Of a DNA stretch of 64,000 nucleotides, positions 10,230 to 19,411 are shown one piece after another. The DNA is taken from the NCBI GenBank assembly GCA_964597575.1, contig CAZQXB010000001.1:594511-658510 (forward strand). Direction: 5' to 3'. The position numbers and the translations under genes are program-made. Under the pieces are notes generated by a model. The model was not told where the DNA came from and did not search any database. It was given only the letters and a program-made list of their open reading frames with translations. Every line of letters begins with the position of its first letter. Positions within the stretch are counted from its first letter, which is position 1. The stretch comes from an uncultured Gammaproteobacteria bacterium (GTDB lineage: Bacteria; Patescibacteriota; Patescibacteriia; Magasanikbacterales; UBA922).

Positions 10230-10355
10230 TTACCCCTGACTTCCACAGAATGATCGTGTTTCAAATAATTTTGTAGGATCTGGAAAGAGAAAAACGCAAC
10301 CGACAGTAACAAAATCACCAGAAAAATTCCAATTGTTTTTTTGATTCTTACTCAT
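10230..10355 (-). CDS. Small ORF (41 aa) translationally coupled to sufD
   Basis: Its ATG overlaps the sufD TGA (ATGA). Manual translation gives MSKNQKNNWNFSGDFVTVGCVFLFPDPTKLFETRSFCGSQG. There is no family match and it is below the 60-aa track cutoff. Confidence 0.25.
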   Translation of the reverse strand: MSKNQKNNWNFSGDFVTVGCVFLFPDPTKLFETRSFCGSQG

Positions 10356-11344
10356 GGGTAAAATTGAGTAATGCATAGTGATGGGTCAATTTGTGGGGGC
10401 AATGCTGGGGCTATGTGTGCTTCAAGCGTAAGAGATGTTGCTTTATTTCGGTCTAAGCCTCGAGAACAAAGATAGAACAATTTTTCATCAGACAAGCGAG
10501 TTGTTGTCACCGCATGAGAACACTGCACATCGTTTTCACGAATATCTAAATCGGGTACGGTTTGACTTTTCGCGTGAGGGGAAATAAGAAGCGTATGCAT
10601 TTCTTCACGTGCCTTCACTTGGCGGGCATGGGGAAGTATCGTTGTCTGTGCACGACCAATGTGACGCGCGTGCCCATCTAAAAGAACTCGGATATTGGCG
10701 TGCGATACCGTATGTGCGGCTTCATGAATAGTGTGATAAAAGGTGTCAAAAAGTTGACCGCCCTTTCCAAGGATAGCGCTTTTTACGATAGCCTCAGCTC
10801 CTTCCCCTACGAGGCAAGTTATTGTTTCGCTCGTGCATTCGTTTTCAGCTTGAGCTGTATCAAACCATGTTAATTTTGCATTTTTCTCTACCGTTGCAAC
10901 GCGTCGAATAGCCAGATGGCGAGGCGCATATTCTGATGATTCGTGCATGTAGCTTACCGTTGCGCCTTCGCCGATTTTGAGAATTAAAGAAAAAATGAGG
11001 AGGTCTTGCCCATGAGTATGCTCAATAATCGTTACGTTCGCATGAGGGGCAACAGAGAGAGTACACTGTAACACACTTGATTCAGCTAAACCTTCGGCAG
11101 TGAAATGAAACGGTTCCGATTCATTTTTTTTATCCAAAAAATGCGTATATGCACTTGTTGGCTTTATGCCAAAGAAGGGGTGTTTTTCGTCAAGGATAGT
11201 ATAGCCTCCCACTTCCTCCAGCTGCACCCCTTGTGCATCAACAACATCACCAGAACCTGGTGTTCGGTGATACAAATCAAAAGAAGTAAGGTCGTGCACC
11301 ATACCCGGCCCGTAGGAGAGAATTTTTGATCGTTCTTTGGGCAT
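10352..11344 (-). CDS. sufD: Fe-S cluster assembly protein SufD (SufB/SufD family, short form)
   Basis: 330 aa with the beta-helix C-terminal region and the LFYLCSRGL motif. It is too short for SufB, and a separate 468-aa sufB lies upstream. Confidence 0.8.
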   Translation of the reverse strand: MPKERSKILSYGPGMVHDLTSFDLYHRTPGSGDVVDAQGVQLEEVGGYTILDEKHPFFGIKPTSAYTHFLDKKNESEPFHFTAEGLAESSVLQCTLSVAPHANVTIIEHTHGQDLLIFSLILKIGEGATVSYMHESSEYAPRHLAIRRVATVEKNAKLTWFDTAQAENECTSETITCLVGEGAEAIVKSAILGKGGQLFDTFYHTIHEAAHTVSHANIRVLLDGHARHIGRAQTTILPHARQVKAREEMHTLLISPHAKSQTVPDLDIRENDVQCSHAVTTTRLSDEKLFYLCSRGLDRNKATSLTLEAHIAPALPPQIDPSLCITQFYP

Positions 11345-11359
11345 AAATTATCTTGTAAC

Positions 11360-11388
11360 ATTGTAGCTTATTTTAGGTAAAATTTCAA
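11360..11388 (-). promoter_or_regulatory. Sigma70-like promoter TTGAAA-17-TACAAT driving sufD and downstream suf genes
   Basis: On the minus strand, TTGAAA is the rc of 11383-11388 and TACAAT is the rc of 11360-11365, with exactly 17 nt between them. It sits about 15 nt upstream of the sufD ATG, giving a short leader. Confidence 0.5.
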
Positions 11389-11414
11389 GTTAAATTCTCA
11401 ATAGAGATGATAAT

Positions 11415-11440
11415 TAAAGAAGCCCTTTTTAGAGGGCTCC
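11415..11440 (-). terminator. Rho-independent terminator after the 1141-aa gene (agccct-ttttag-agggct, then U-tract on minus strand)
   Basis: A hairpin 24 nt past the stop at 11464, followed on the minus strand by TTCTTTAATT. Confidence 0.6.
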
Positions 11441-11463
11441 TTTAATGGGGTTAGTGCCTCTGG

Positions 11464-14400
11464 TTAAATACCGGTGTACGGAACAGAAGCCGAATATGCG
11501 GAACACGAATTTGTGGCTTGGTTGTAGGCGCAAAGACGAAGATAAATGGTACCGGTGGGAAAATTAAGCTCACCGCGATTAATGTAGACTTCGTTGTTTC
11601 CAGCAGCGCGCGCATAGGCTATTACACCTGACCCATACAGAGTAGGGTTGTTTTGCAGAGAGAAGAGAACTCGAAATTCTTGGTTTCCTGTCCAGTATGC
11701 GTATGCAGATGAGTTGAGAACTGTTAACGCATAGCTGTCCCCACTGCTTACCGGAGGGGTTGTTGGATTGGGTGCTGGCGAAGGGCTTGGAGTTGGTCCT
11801 GGTGTAGGAGATGGTGGGGGTGGCGGAATGGGTGCTGGAGAGCCTCCGCGACCAACCCACGAACCTCCGAATTCACAGCCTGTCCACCAGCACGGTGTAC
11901 CAAGAGCAAAATTTTCAAGAGCCGTAAATTTCGGAGCTTCGCTGTGTGATTGATTTTGCGAAAGGAGTGCTCCGAAATTTCCGTACCGAGTTTGAGGGGT
12001 GACGTCAACGAAATGAACAAATGTTTTTCCACCACGCTCTCTCCAGCCATTCAGGTATTGGGTGTAGAGGGCTCCCATTCGTGGATCGTTGTTTGCATCT
12101 CGAAAAAGAGCTTCGACCGTTGCATTATTTTCGTTTGCTCCATACGCAATAAGATGCTGCCCACCTTCGTATGCAATGAGATCGATTCCTGGGTACGATT
12201 GTCGAAGAAATGTATTATCATCGCTCATTTCCTGAAAGGCCTGAGGTAAATCTATCGACTGCAATTGATCGAAGATTTGATTGAGTGTCATGCTTTGTGT
12301 GGCCGATGAACCACTTAGTCTGTTTCCAAAGTATGGTGCTGTGGCAACCGCATCAATATTCTGATACGCGTTTCTCCAGGAGAGCAGGTTGCCTGTTCTC
12401 CAGGTGTTTCCCGTAAACGAGCCCATCACTCGCACTACGCGACCGTTTACACCAAATACGTCACGGAAAATTTGTCCAACTTGAACCGATCGTTCACTAA
12501 ATTGCCGCATTTCACCCATACCACAAGCTTGGATGTACCGGAGTGGCCACGGATGACCCTCACAATAGACACCGTTTCCTGGGTTTGCATCCTGATCACA
12601 CTCCGCTTGAAGATCAGGATTATTCTGACACCCTCGTGCCGCTAAAATTTGCTGCTGGAGGATGTATGGGTACGCACCATTCCACGATTCGTTCGAATAC
12701 TCAACAAAGATGCGACTGTTTGAGTTAATGGCACCGCGAATACGGGAAGCAATATCCCGCACAAGGGCGTCCGATGCATTTACCGGAATGTTAATCCACA
12801 AATCAGCCTGAAGGGTATTTGAGAACTCAGCAAGAATTTCTGGTGGGGTCCGAACCCAGTGAGCATCAGTGACGCGTGTAAGGTCACTCACGTTTACCAC
12901 ATTTTCAATACCTGCTTCATTTATCCCCCATTCTTGCATAAAACGCACAACGCTTGTTGAGCGATTATTACGAAGGTATGTCGGGTGAAACAGTTGTGGG
13001 TTTGGGGTGTCCGCAAAAATACGGCACGTATTTGATCCTCCGCACTGGCTGTTTGTTGTGCAGTACTGTGTTTGATCATTTGAGCACGATCCGCCTGGAG
13101 GGTATACGCGAATGTTTCTAATATAGTTATTTGGGTTCGTTGAACTAATTTCTAGCATGACAGTCGTTTCAAAGGCGGAGCGAGTTACATCGATCACATC
13201 ACGCCCTGGCCTCGACAAATCAGCATTTCGTGTACCTCCGGAATATACTATGACCCCTTCACCGTCATAGAGAACGGTATATCTACCTGTCGGATAAAAA
13301 GTTGAAGGGTTTGTTGAGCCTGCAACATTCGTTACGAGTGCGGTACGGATAATATTTGTTCCCGGAACATTATTTGGAACAGATCGTACCCATCCGTTAC
13401 TATCAAGATTGACTGCCGGACCACAGTTCCAGCATGCCTCGACAGTTCCGTTTCCTATAATACCAGAAGCCCATGGTCGTGATGATTTAAACAAATCTAC
13501 AAAAACCCAGTTCGCCCCGAAGTCAATAAGGGAATGAGTATTTGTTCCGATCGCGGATCGATAATTCGCCAAACTTCCAGATGGTGGAGGGCTCACTGGT
13601 GCTGGTGGAGGTACTGGAGCTGGAGGTGGCGGAGGTGTCGTTGGAGGAGTAGCAGGGGGTGCTGGTGGAGCAACAGGAGGTGTCGCCGGTGGGGGTGGTG
13701 GCGGTGTTCCGGGTGGAGCTGGAGGTGGCGGAGGTGTCGTTGGAGGAGTAGCAGGGGGTGCTGGTGGAGCAACAGGAGGTGTCGCCGGTGGGGTCGTTCC
13801 CCCTGCTGCGTTTACGGTAATTGAGGTCGGTCCTGAAGTCGTCTCTTGGCCGGAATTATCCCGAGCCCGGACAGATAGCGAGTGAGCTCCACGCGTTGGA
13901 TTCACCCAATTAAATACAAACGGCGAAATGGTGTCACGACGCAAAAGATTGGTGCCATCAAAAAACTCGACGTACGATATAGACCCGTTTGCATCGCTGG
14001 CTGTCGCCTCAAGCCGAACTGTTGTCGGTAGTGTAAAAACAGAATTTGCAATAGGGCTTGTAAGTGAAACTCTCGGTGCACCAGGGGTGGGTAACGGAAC
14101 AGGGGCGGGCGGAGGAAGAGGGACCGTCGATCCTGGAGATGGTGCGGGTGGAGTTGGAGGGGTAATCGGGCGAGAACTTGTTGCGTCCGCAAATACCCGT
14201 GCCAACGGAATTGTCGCTACATGATCAAGGCGAAATTGGTAAACGTTAGTCACCTCCTCGGCCGAGGTAATATACCGCTTTGCTAAAGATGAAGCAGTTT
14301 GACCGCTCGTAGAAACGGATTCTAAAGCGTACACTTTGGGATCGTTTTGATATTTAAAAAGAAGATTTGATGGGAGCGTATCAACCGTTGTAATGGCGGG

Positions 14401-14883
14401 CAACACCGTATATTTTTGAAGCACGACCGGGGTAACATCCTCAATTTGATCAAAAGAAAAGCCTAAAACATTCAGAAATGTATTTTCAGATTCAATAGGA
14501 TGTATTGAAGAGTTACCAAGAACTATGTAGACCTTTGGGTCTGTCACGGTTTTAAGTAAGGATCCGTTTGGATATACTCTTCGATGACCCCAAGGAAGAA
14601 AGGATAACTCGTGATTAGGTATGCGAGCGAGTGTTTGAGCATTTGTTATCCGAACGTCACTCCATGATGCAAAATGAGAAAAATAAACCTGCGAACTTTT
14701 AATTGGGCGTTTTTTACAGTCTTCTGAGATGTAATAGACTGCTGGGTTGTTAGGAATTTTATATGGTTGCAAAATGGTCAGCGGGCAATTTGTTGAGGTT
14801 TGGGATATTGCCGGGGCAACAAATACCACTCCGAGAGATGCAAATAGGGCCAAACCCAAAGAGAGAAGATGAGAACGACGCAT
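11464..14883 (-). CDS. Large secreted multidomain protein: signal peptide, Ig-like domain, Pro/Thr-rich linkers, putative clan GH-A glycoside-hydrolase-like core, C-terminal beta domain
   Basis: The ATG at 14883 gives MRRSHLLSLGLALFASLGVVFVAPAISQ, a signal peptide. PTPPAP linkers flank an Ig-like segment (SVRARDNSGQETTSGPTSITV). The core carries VEYSNESWNG (resembling the GH-A acid/base xExxNEx motif) and LIAYEGGQH (a nucleophile-like motif). The final PT-rich linker is followed by a beta-rich tail. Confidence 0.75.
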   Translation of the reverse strand: MRRSHLLSLGLALFASLGVVFVAPAISQTSTNCPLTILQPYKIPNNPAVYYISEDCKKRPIKSSQVYFSHFASWSDVRITNAQTLARIPNHELSFLPWGHRRVYPNGSLLKTVTDPKVYIVLGNSSIHPIESENTFLNVLGFSFDQIEDVTPVVLQKYTVLPAITTVDTLPSNLLFKYQNDPKVYALESVSTSGQTASSLAKRYITSAEEVTNVYQFRLDHVATIPLARVFADATSSRPITPPTPPAPSPGSTVPLPPPAPVPLPTPGAPRVSLTSPIANSVFTLPTTVRLEATASDANGSISYVEFFDGTNLLRRDTISPFVFNWVNPTRGAHSLSVRARDNSGQETTSGPTSITVNAAGGTTPPATPPVAPPAPPATPPTTPPPPPAPPGTPPPPPPATPPVAPPAPPATPPTTPPPPPAPVPPPAPVSPPPSGSLANYRSAIGTNTHSLIDFGANWVFVDLFKSSRPWASGIIGNGTVEACWNCGPAVNLDSNGWVRSVPNNVPGTNIIRTALVTNVAGSTNPSTFYPTGRYTVLYDGEGVIVYSGGTRNADLSRPGRDVIDVTRSAFETTVMLEISSTNPNNYIRNIRVYPPGGSCSNDQTQYCTTNSQCGGSNTCRIFADTPNPQLFHPTYLRNNRSTSVVRFMQEWGINEAGIENVVNVSDLTRVTDAHWVRTPPEILAEFSNTLQADLWINIPVNASDALVRDIASRIRGAINSNSRIFVEYSNESWNGAYPYILQQQILAARGCQNNPDLQAECDQDANPGNGVYCEGHPWPLRYIQACGMGEMRQFSERSVQVGQIFRDVFGVNGRVVRVMGSFTGNTWRTGNLLSWRNAYQNIDAVATAPYFGNRLSGSSATQSMTLNQIFDQLQSIDLPQAFQEMSDDNTFLRQSYPGIDLIAYEGGQHLIAYGANENNATVEALFRDANNDPRMGALYTQYLNGWRERGGKTFVHFVDVTPQTRYGNFGALLSQNQSHSEAPKFTALENFALGTPCWWTGCEFGGSWVGRGGSPAPIPPPPPSPTPGPTPSPSPAPNPTTPPVSSGDSYALTVLNSSAYAYWTGNQEFRVLFSLQNNPTLYGSGVIAYARAAGNNEVYINRGELNFPTGTIYLRLCAYNQATNSCSAYSASVPYTGI
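13619..13792. repeat. Tandem direct repeat, 2 x 99 bp, encoding a duplicated 33-aa Pro-rich linker
   Basis: gctggaggtggcggaggtgtcgttggaggagtagcagggggtgctggtggagcaacaggaggtgtcgccggtgg occurs at 13619 and again at 13718. The protein repeat is ATPPVAPPAPPATPPTTPPPPPAP x2. Confidence 0.8.
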
Positions 14884-14967
14884 AGACAAAAAAAGATAAT
14901 GCCCCTATGACAAAGGGTACCAAATTAAAGAACTATTCGCAATTTTTTATCCTCTTTGTCGCCTTCT

Positions 14968-16374
14968 CTACCCCACCGCTCCTTCCATCTCAAGTTCAAT
15001 AAGTTTGTTTAATTCAAGTGCATACTCGAGAGGGAGCGCCTTTACAATAGGTTCGATGAATCCTGCAACCACCATTTGCATGGCTCGCTCGGCGGTAAGC
15101 CCTCTGCTTTGCAAATAGAAAATCTCCTCTTCCCCAATTTTTCCCACCTTAGCCTCATGAGCAATATCAACATCACTTTGTTCGATATTCATAACAGGAT
15201 GAGTTGTTGAAATTGAAACCTCATCAAGAAGGAGCGCATCGCAAGCGACCGAAACAGTAGAGTCTGGTGCCTTCGCAGTTACCTTAACGAGCCCTCGGTA
15301 ACTTGAAATCCCTCCGCCAAGAGAAATAGATTTGGATTGAATCGTAGATTTTGTTCTCGGTGCAGCGTGAATTACTTTAGCTCCAGTATCTTGATGCTGA
15401 CCTGGTCCAGCAAAGACGACCCCCAAAGAGTCGGATGTTGCTCCTTCGCCACGCAAAATCGAGGCTGGATACAGCATGGTCACTCCAGAACCCATATTTC
15501 CATTAATCCACTCGACCACACCATTTTTATCAACTAACGCCCGCTTTGTATTTAAGTTGTAGGTATTTTTACTCCAATTTTCAATAGAGAAGTACCCGGC
15601 ACGAGCATTTTCATGCACAAATATTTCGACACACCCGGCATGCAAAGAACTTTTTGCATATCGTGGCGCACTGCAGCCTTCTATGTACTGCACCTCAGCC
15701 CCTTCATCGACAATAATAAGCGTATGTTCAAACTGACCACCCCGTTCTGCATTCATACGAAAGTACGCCTGAAGCGGCAGGTCAACCTTCACACCTTTGG
15801 GGACATAGATGAACGTCCCCCCACTCCATACCGCTGCATGGAGCATAACAAATTTGTGATCATTAATAGGAACGCACTGTGTCATGAAGTATTTCTGAAC
15901 CATCTCAGGATATTTTTGGACCGCTGTATCCATGTTTTCAAAAATAACCCCTTTATCAGCTAAGTTTTTTTGAATACTATGGTAGACAATATCACTGTCA
16001 TACTGAGCCCCTACCCCACCAAGCATAGTCTTTTCGGCTTCAGGAATACCGAGTCGGTCAAATGTTTTCTTGATATCTTCTGGTACCTCATCCCAATTTG
16101 CAGCCTCCTTTGTGTCTGGTCGAACAAAGTACACAATCTCATCGAGATGAAGCCCAGAAAGATCAGGGCCCCAAGTTGGCAGAGGTGCTTTCAGATACAG
16201 TGCAAGCGCAGCGAGCCGTTTTTCAAGCATCCAGGCTGGTTCATTTTTCTGAGCAGAAATTTCGCGTACGACTTCCTCGGTAATTCCAGGCTTGGCAATA
16301 TATTTTGAACGATCAACATTAGCCTCTTCGTAGAGAGACCGGCTCGGAGGTTGAATTGCCGGTCGGTTTGACAT
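14968..16374 (-). CDS. sufB: Fe-S cluster assembly protein SufB
   Basis: 468 aa, full-length SufB with the FYLQSRGL motif and conserved Cys/His region. It is separated from sufD by the 1141-aa gene. Confidence 0.9.
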   Translation of the reverse strand: MSNRPAIQPPSRSLYEEANVDRSKYIAKPGITEEVVREISAQKNEPAWMLEKRLAALALYLKAPLPTWGPDLSGLHLDEIVYFVRPDTKEAANWDEVPEDIKKTFDRLGIPEAEKTMLGGVGAQYDSDIVYHSIQKNLADKGVIFENMDTAVQKYPEMVQKYFMTQCVPINDHKFVMLHAAVWSGGTFIYVPKGVKVDLPLQAYFRMNAERGGQFEHTLIIVDEGAEVQYIEGCSAPRYAKSSLHAGCVEIFVHENARAGYFSIENWSKNTYNLNTKRALVDKNGVVEWINGNMGSGVTMLYPASILRGEGATSDSLGVVFAGPGQHQDTGAKVIHAAPRTKSTIQSKSISLGGGISSYRGLVKVTAKAPDSTVSVACDALLLDEVSISTTHPVMNIEQSDVDIAHEAKVGKIGEEEIFYLQSRGLTAERAMQMVVAGFIEPIVKALPLEYALELNKLIELEMEGAVG

Positions 16375-16496
16375 AATGAACCATTTAAATAGAAATACGC
16401 ATCGCTTCTTTAGAAGCCTCCAATGCCTGGCTGTGGATTTGATAAAAGAGTGTTCGGGGCTTGGGAAAGTGCGTCGATAAAATCAGGTATGTCCGT

Positions 16497-17399
16497 TTAC
16501 GGGAAGACAGAACGAATATATTCAATCGACTTGAACGGCTCTTCTGTATTTGTGATTTCATGCTGGCATGCATCAATAATTTCTATTTGTCCGTTGGTAA
16601 GCTTAAAGGTGAAAACAACTTTTCCACTTTGCTGAGAACAACCGTATGTCGGCGAAAGTAGACCAACATTTGGTGCGCTACGCTGACGAATTGAGGCATA
16701 ACTGGTCTGATTTACCTCACGGGAAATGACAGACATTTTCTCTGGACTTAACGTCGTTTTTAATTGCCCGTTTACATAATATTTTCCATTTGAGGTGAAT
16801 CGAAATTCACAGGGGTTTGACGAGCAATATAAATTACTTGAGTTTGAAGCTGTGTGATGTTTAAAATAAACCACATCATATTCAGGTACCACAATCAAGT
16901 TATTTGTCGGCCCTGGCTGCTGCACAATCGGTTGTGTCGTCGGTCCTGATTGTGGGGAAACAGTAATGCTTCCACTGCCACTTGTTCCACCACTCGACTG
17001 AGAACCAGGTGCAATTGTTGGTTGAGGCTGATTCGTAACAGGTTGAGCCGGAGAAAGGCCACTCGGTTGAGGGCGTACTATGGTCGGCGTTGGCTGATTC
17101 GTAACAGGTTGAGCCGGAGAAAGGCCACTTCCCCTAGCTGGGGTTGGTGAAGCCGCTGGCGGAGTAACGCTTACGGGTGTTGGATTTGTTGGAGGTACTG
17201 GGGCTCTCGGGGTTGGAGAAGCCGGCTCAGGAACTGGCGTAGGAGAGACCTCAACAGCATCAGGGGTTTTAGCAACTTTTTCTTCGGTTGTTTTTTCACC
17301 TTTACTAGCACTAAACCAAACCACGAACAAAAGAATGAAAAGAACGACAACGAAAGCTCCTCTTTTTTGATTTTGAGTAAGTGAGTCTAGCTTGGCCAT
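16497..17399 (-). CDS. Membrane-anchored Pro/Thr-rich protein with Cys-containing C-terminal domain
   Basis: 300 aa with an N-terminal TM (AFVVVLFILLFVVWF), a PT-rich stalk and an internal 22-aa tandem repeat (SGLSPAQPVTNQP...). The C-terminal globular part has 4 Cys. Confidence 0.5.
   Translation of the reverse strand: MAKLDSLTQNQKRGAFVVVLFILLFVVWFSASKGEKTTEEKVAKTPDAVEVSPTPVPEPASPTPRAPVPPTNPTPVSVTPPAASPTPARGSGLSPAQPVTNQPTPTIVRPQPSGLSPAQPVTNQPQPTIAPGSQSSGGTSGSGSITVSPQSGPTTQPIVQQPGPTNNLIVVPEYDVVYFKHHTASNSSNLYCSSNPCEFRFTSNGKYYVNGQLKTTLSPEKMSVISREVNQTSYASIRQRSAPNVGLLSPTYGCSQQSGKVVFTFKLTNGQIEIIDACQHEITNTEEPFKSIEYIRSVFP
17026..17129. repeat. Tandem repeat, 2 copies, 66-bp period (ggctgattcgtaacaggttgagccggagaaaggccact)
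   Basis: The 38-nt block is seen at 17026 and 17092, encoding the repeated SGLSPAQPVTNQP peptide. Confidence 0.7.
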
Positions 17400-17425
17400 A
17401 CAAATAGAATAAAAATAATGTAAAT

Positions 17426-18628
17426 TTAGGAAACGGAACCCATTTTTCGAACGGCAGAAACAACCTCATCAATTACTTTTTTTACATAGGCCATGTCGTC
17501 ACGGGTCGTTTCTTGTCCTAAAGAAAATCGGATACTCTGTCCCGCCTCTTCCTTACTCATTCCCGCGGCCAAGAGTACATGCGACGCTTCATCTTTATCT
17601 GTGGCACAGGCAGACCCACTGGCGACCGCGATCCCCTTAGCATCCAAGTAGACAATAAGTGCCTCAGCTTCAGCTCCAAAAAATGTAACGTGTAAGAAGT
17701 GCGGCAACTGCATCTTTGTATCCTTTGGCTTATTGATTCGAATATGCGAAATCTTCTTTGTGAGAAACTTTTCCAAGTCATCACGGAGGTGCTCAACTCT
17801 CGCAGATTCCTTGTTCAGATTTTTCCTCACCCGCTGAAGGGCCTGACTGAACCCGATGAGGTTGGGAACATTTTCCGTTCCGCTTCTGAGACCAAATTCT
17901 TGCCCTCCTCCAGGAATAAGAGGATAGAGCGGAACACCCCGACGCTTATATAATACACCAATTCCCTTTGGTCCATATATTTTTGAACCATTCAGCGTTA
18001 ATAAGTCAACATGAAGTCGTTCCACCGAAAGGTCGAGGAACTGTCCGGCTTGGCATGCATCGGTATGGAAAATAGGATACATTCCAGATGTACTTTTGCG
18101 CAAACGAAGGATGCCTCGTCCAATGTCAGAAATAGGTTGGATAGTGCCGAGCTCGTTATTCGCATACATAACAGACACAAGCACGGTTTGAGGTGAAATC
18201 GCTTCAAGCACGTCCACACTTCGGACAATACCCTCATTTGTTACAGGCACAATAGTTACGTCGGCCCCTTCTTTTTCCGCCAAACGAACTGCTTCCAAAA
18301 CGGCATGATGCTCAATCGCGGTTGTCACTATATGTGGTTTCTTTACGCCATTTTTCTTAGCCTCACGCACAACCCCCAAAATTGCCATAACACAGGATTC
18401 CGTGCCACCACTCGTAAAGAGGACCGTGTCCGGTTGTGCCTCGAGGATCGTTGCTACCAGAGCCCGTGCTTCATCAATTTTTTCACGAACAAAAGTAGCC
18501 TCTTTATAAAGAGCCGAAGGGTTCGCCTGATGAATAGTAAAAAACGAACGCATCGACAATAAAACCCCAGGGTCGATCGGGGTTGCTGCCGCGTGATCAA
18601 GGTTTATGGAAGGAGTTTTTCTCTTCAT
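17426..18628 (-). CDS. Cysteine desulfurase, IscS/NifS-like (group I)
   Basis: 400 aa with the PLP-lysine region SGHKIYGPKGIGVLYKRRG. This is a second desulfurase, distinct from SufS. Confidence 0.85.
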   Translation of the reverse strand: MKRKTPSINLDHAAATPIDPGVLLSMRSFFTIHQANPSALYKEATFVREKIDEARALVATILEAQPDTVLFTSGGTESCVMAILGVVREAKKNGVKKPHIVTTAIEHHAVLEAVRLAEKEGADVTIVPVTNEGIVRSVDVLEAISPQTVLVSVMYANNELGTIQPISDIGRGILRLRKSTSGMYPIFHTDACQAGQFLDLSVERLHVDLLTLNGSKIYGPKGIGVLYKRRGVPLYPLIPGGGQEFGLRSGTENVPNLIGFSQALQRVRKNLNKESARVEHLRDDLEKFLTKKISHIRINKPKDTKMQLPHFLHVTFFGAEAEALIVYLDAKGIAVASGSACATDKDEASHVLLAAGMSKEEAGQSIRFSLGQETTRDDMAYVKKVIDEVVSAVRKMGSVS

Positions 18629-18710
18629 AGAAATTTGGCTCTATGTTGCGTTTTTTATCCCTCTATAGTAGACTATATCTTATCAAGAAAATGCCATTTT
18701 GTCAACCGCT

Positions 18711-19403
18711 ATGCCTGCCCTCCCTCTTTATACAACAGTAGTGACCGAGCATCGTTTTCTGAACTCCACTGTCATGGAAATCCGCCTGGCTACTCCAGCA
18801 GGCTTTTCCTATACGCCAGGACAGTTTATTCAGGTCGTTATTCCAGGAACTGATGGAAAAGTAACTCGCTCTTACTCCCTTGCGAGCACTCCAAACGATC
18901 CCTATCTTGAACTCTGCATGAAAGTGGTTCCCGGAGGAACCACCGATACCTATTTTCAGCATTTGCGTGTCGGAGATACCGTTACGATTCGAGGTCCCTT
19001 AGGGCAATTTACGAACACTTCTGATAAAGCACTTGGCCTCGTTGCAACAGGAGCCGGTCTTGCTCCTATTATGGGTATTCTTCGGAATGAACTTATGGTA
19101 AAACAAAACACCAAACCCATTCATGTATGGTTCGGTGTTCGTAGTGAAGAAGACTTATTTTGGGTAGAGCGACTCGAAACACTTGCCCGAGATTTTTCCC
19201 ATTTTACCTACACACTCACTCTCTCCCAACCGGGCTCAGCGTGGAACGGCAATCGCGGGCGCGTAACAGAGCATATCCCTCTTCAATTCCTACCCAATGC
19301 TATTTGGTTTCTCTGCGGAAGTAAGCCAATGGTACAGGAAGTACGAGAGATGCTTTTTACAAAAGGTGTACCACCACAAGAAGTTCGTATAGAAATTTTT
19401 TAA
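18711..19403 (+). CDS. Ferredoxin-NADP reductase-family FAD/NAD(P)-binding oxidoreductase
   Basis: The ATG at 18711 gives MPALPLYTTV... then the RSYSLAS FAD-binding motif and the GTGLAP-like NAD(P) motif (ATGAGLAPIMGIL). The track ORF starts at an upstream TTG (18699). Confidence 0.7.
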   Translation: MPALPLYTTVVTEHRFLNSTVMEIRLATPAGFSYTPGQFIQVVIPGTDGKVTRSYSLASTPNDPYLELCMKVVPGGTTDTYFQHLRVGDTVTIRGPLGQFTNTSDKALGLVATGAGLAPIMGILRNELMVKQNTKPIHVWFGVRSEEDLFWVERLETLARDFSHFTYTLTLSQPGSAWNGNRGRVTEHIPLQFLPNAIWFLCGSKPMVQEVREMLFTKGVPPQEVRIEIF

Positions 19404-19411
19404 TCCTAATT

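Noticed and set aside
11768-11953. Gly-rich 61-aa plus-strand ORF
   Set aside because: It is antisense to a Pro-rich linker of the same large gene, and so an artefact of the PPxP coding sequence.
13534-13824. 96-aa W/R/C-rich ORF on the plus strand
   Set aside because: It is the antisense reading of the Pro-rich tandem-repeat region of the 1141-aa gene. GGN/CCN repetition produces W/R/G runs, which makes it a compositional artefact.
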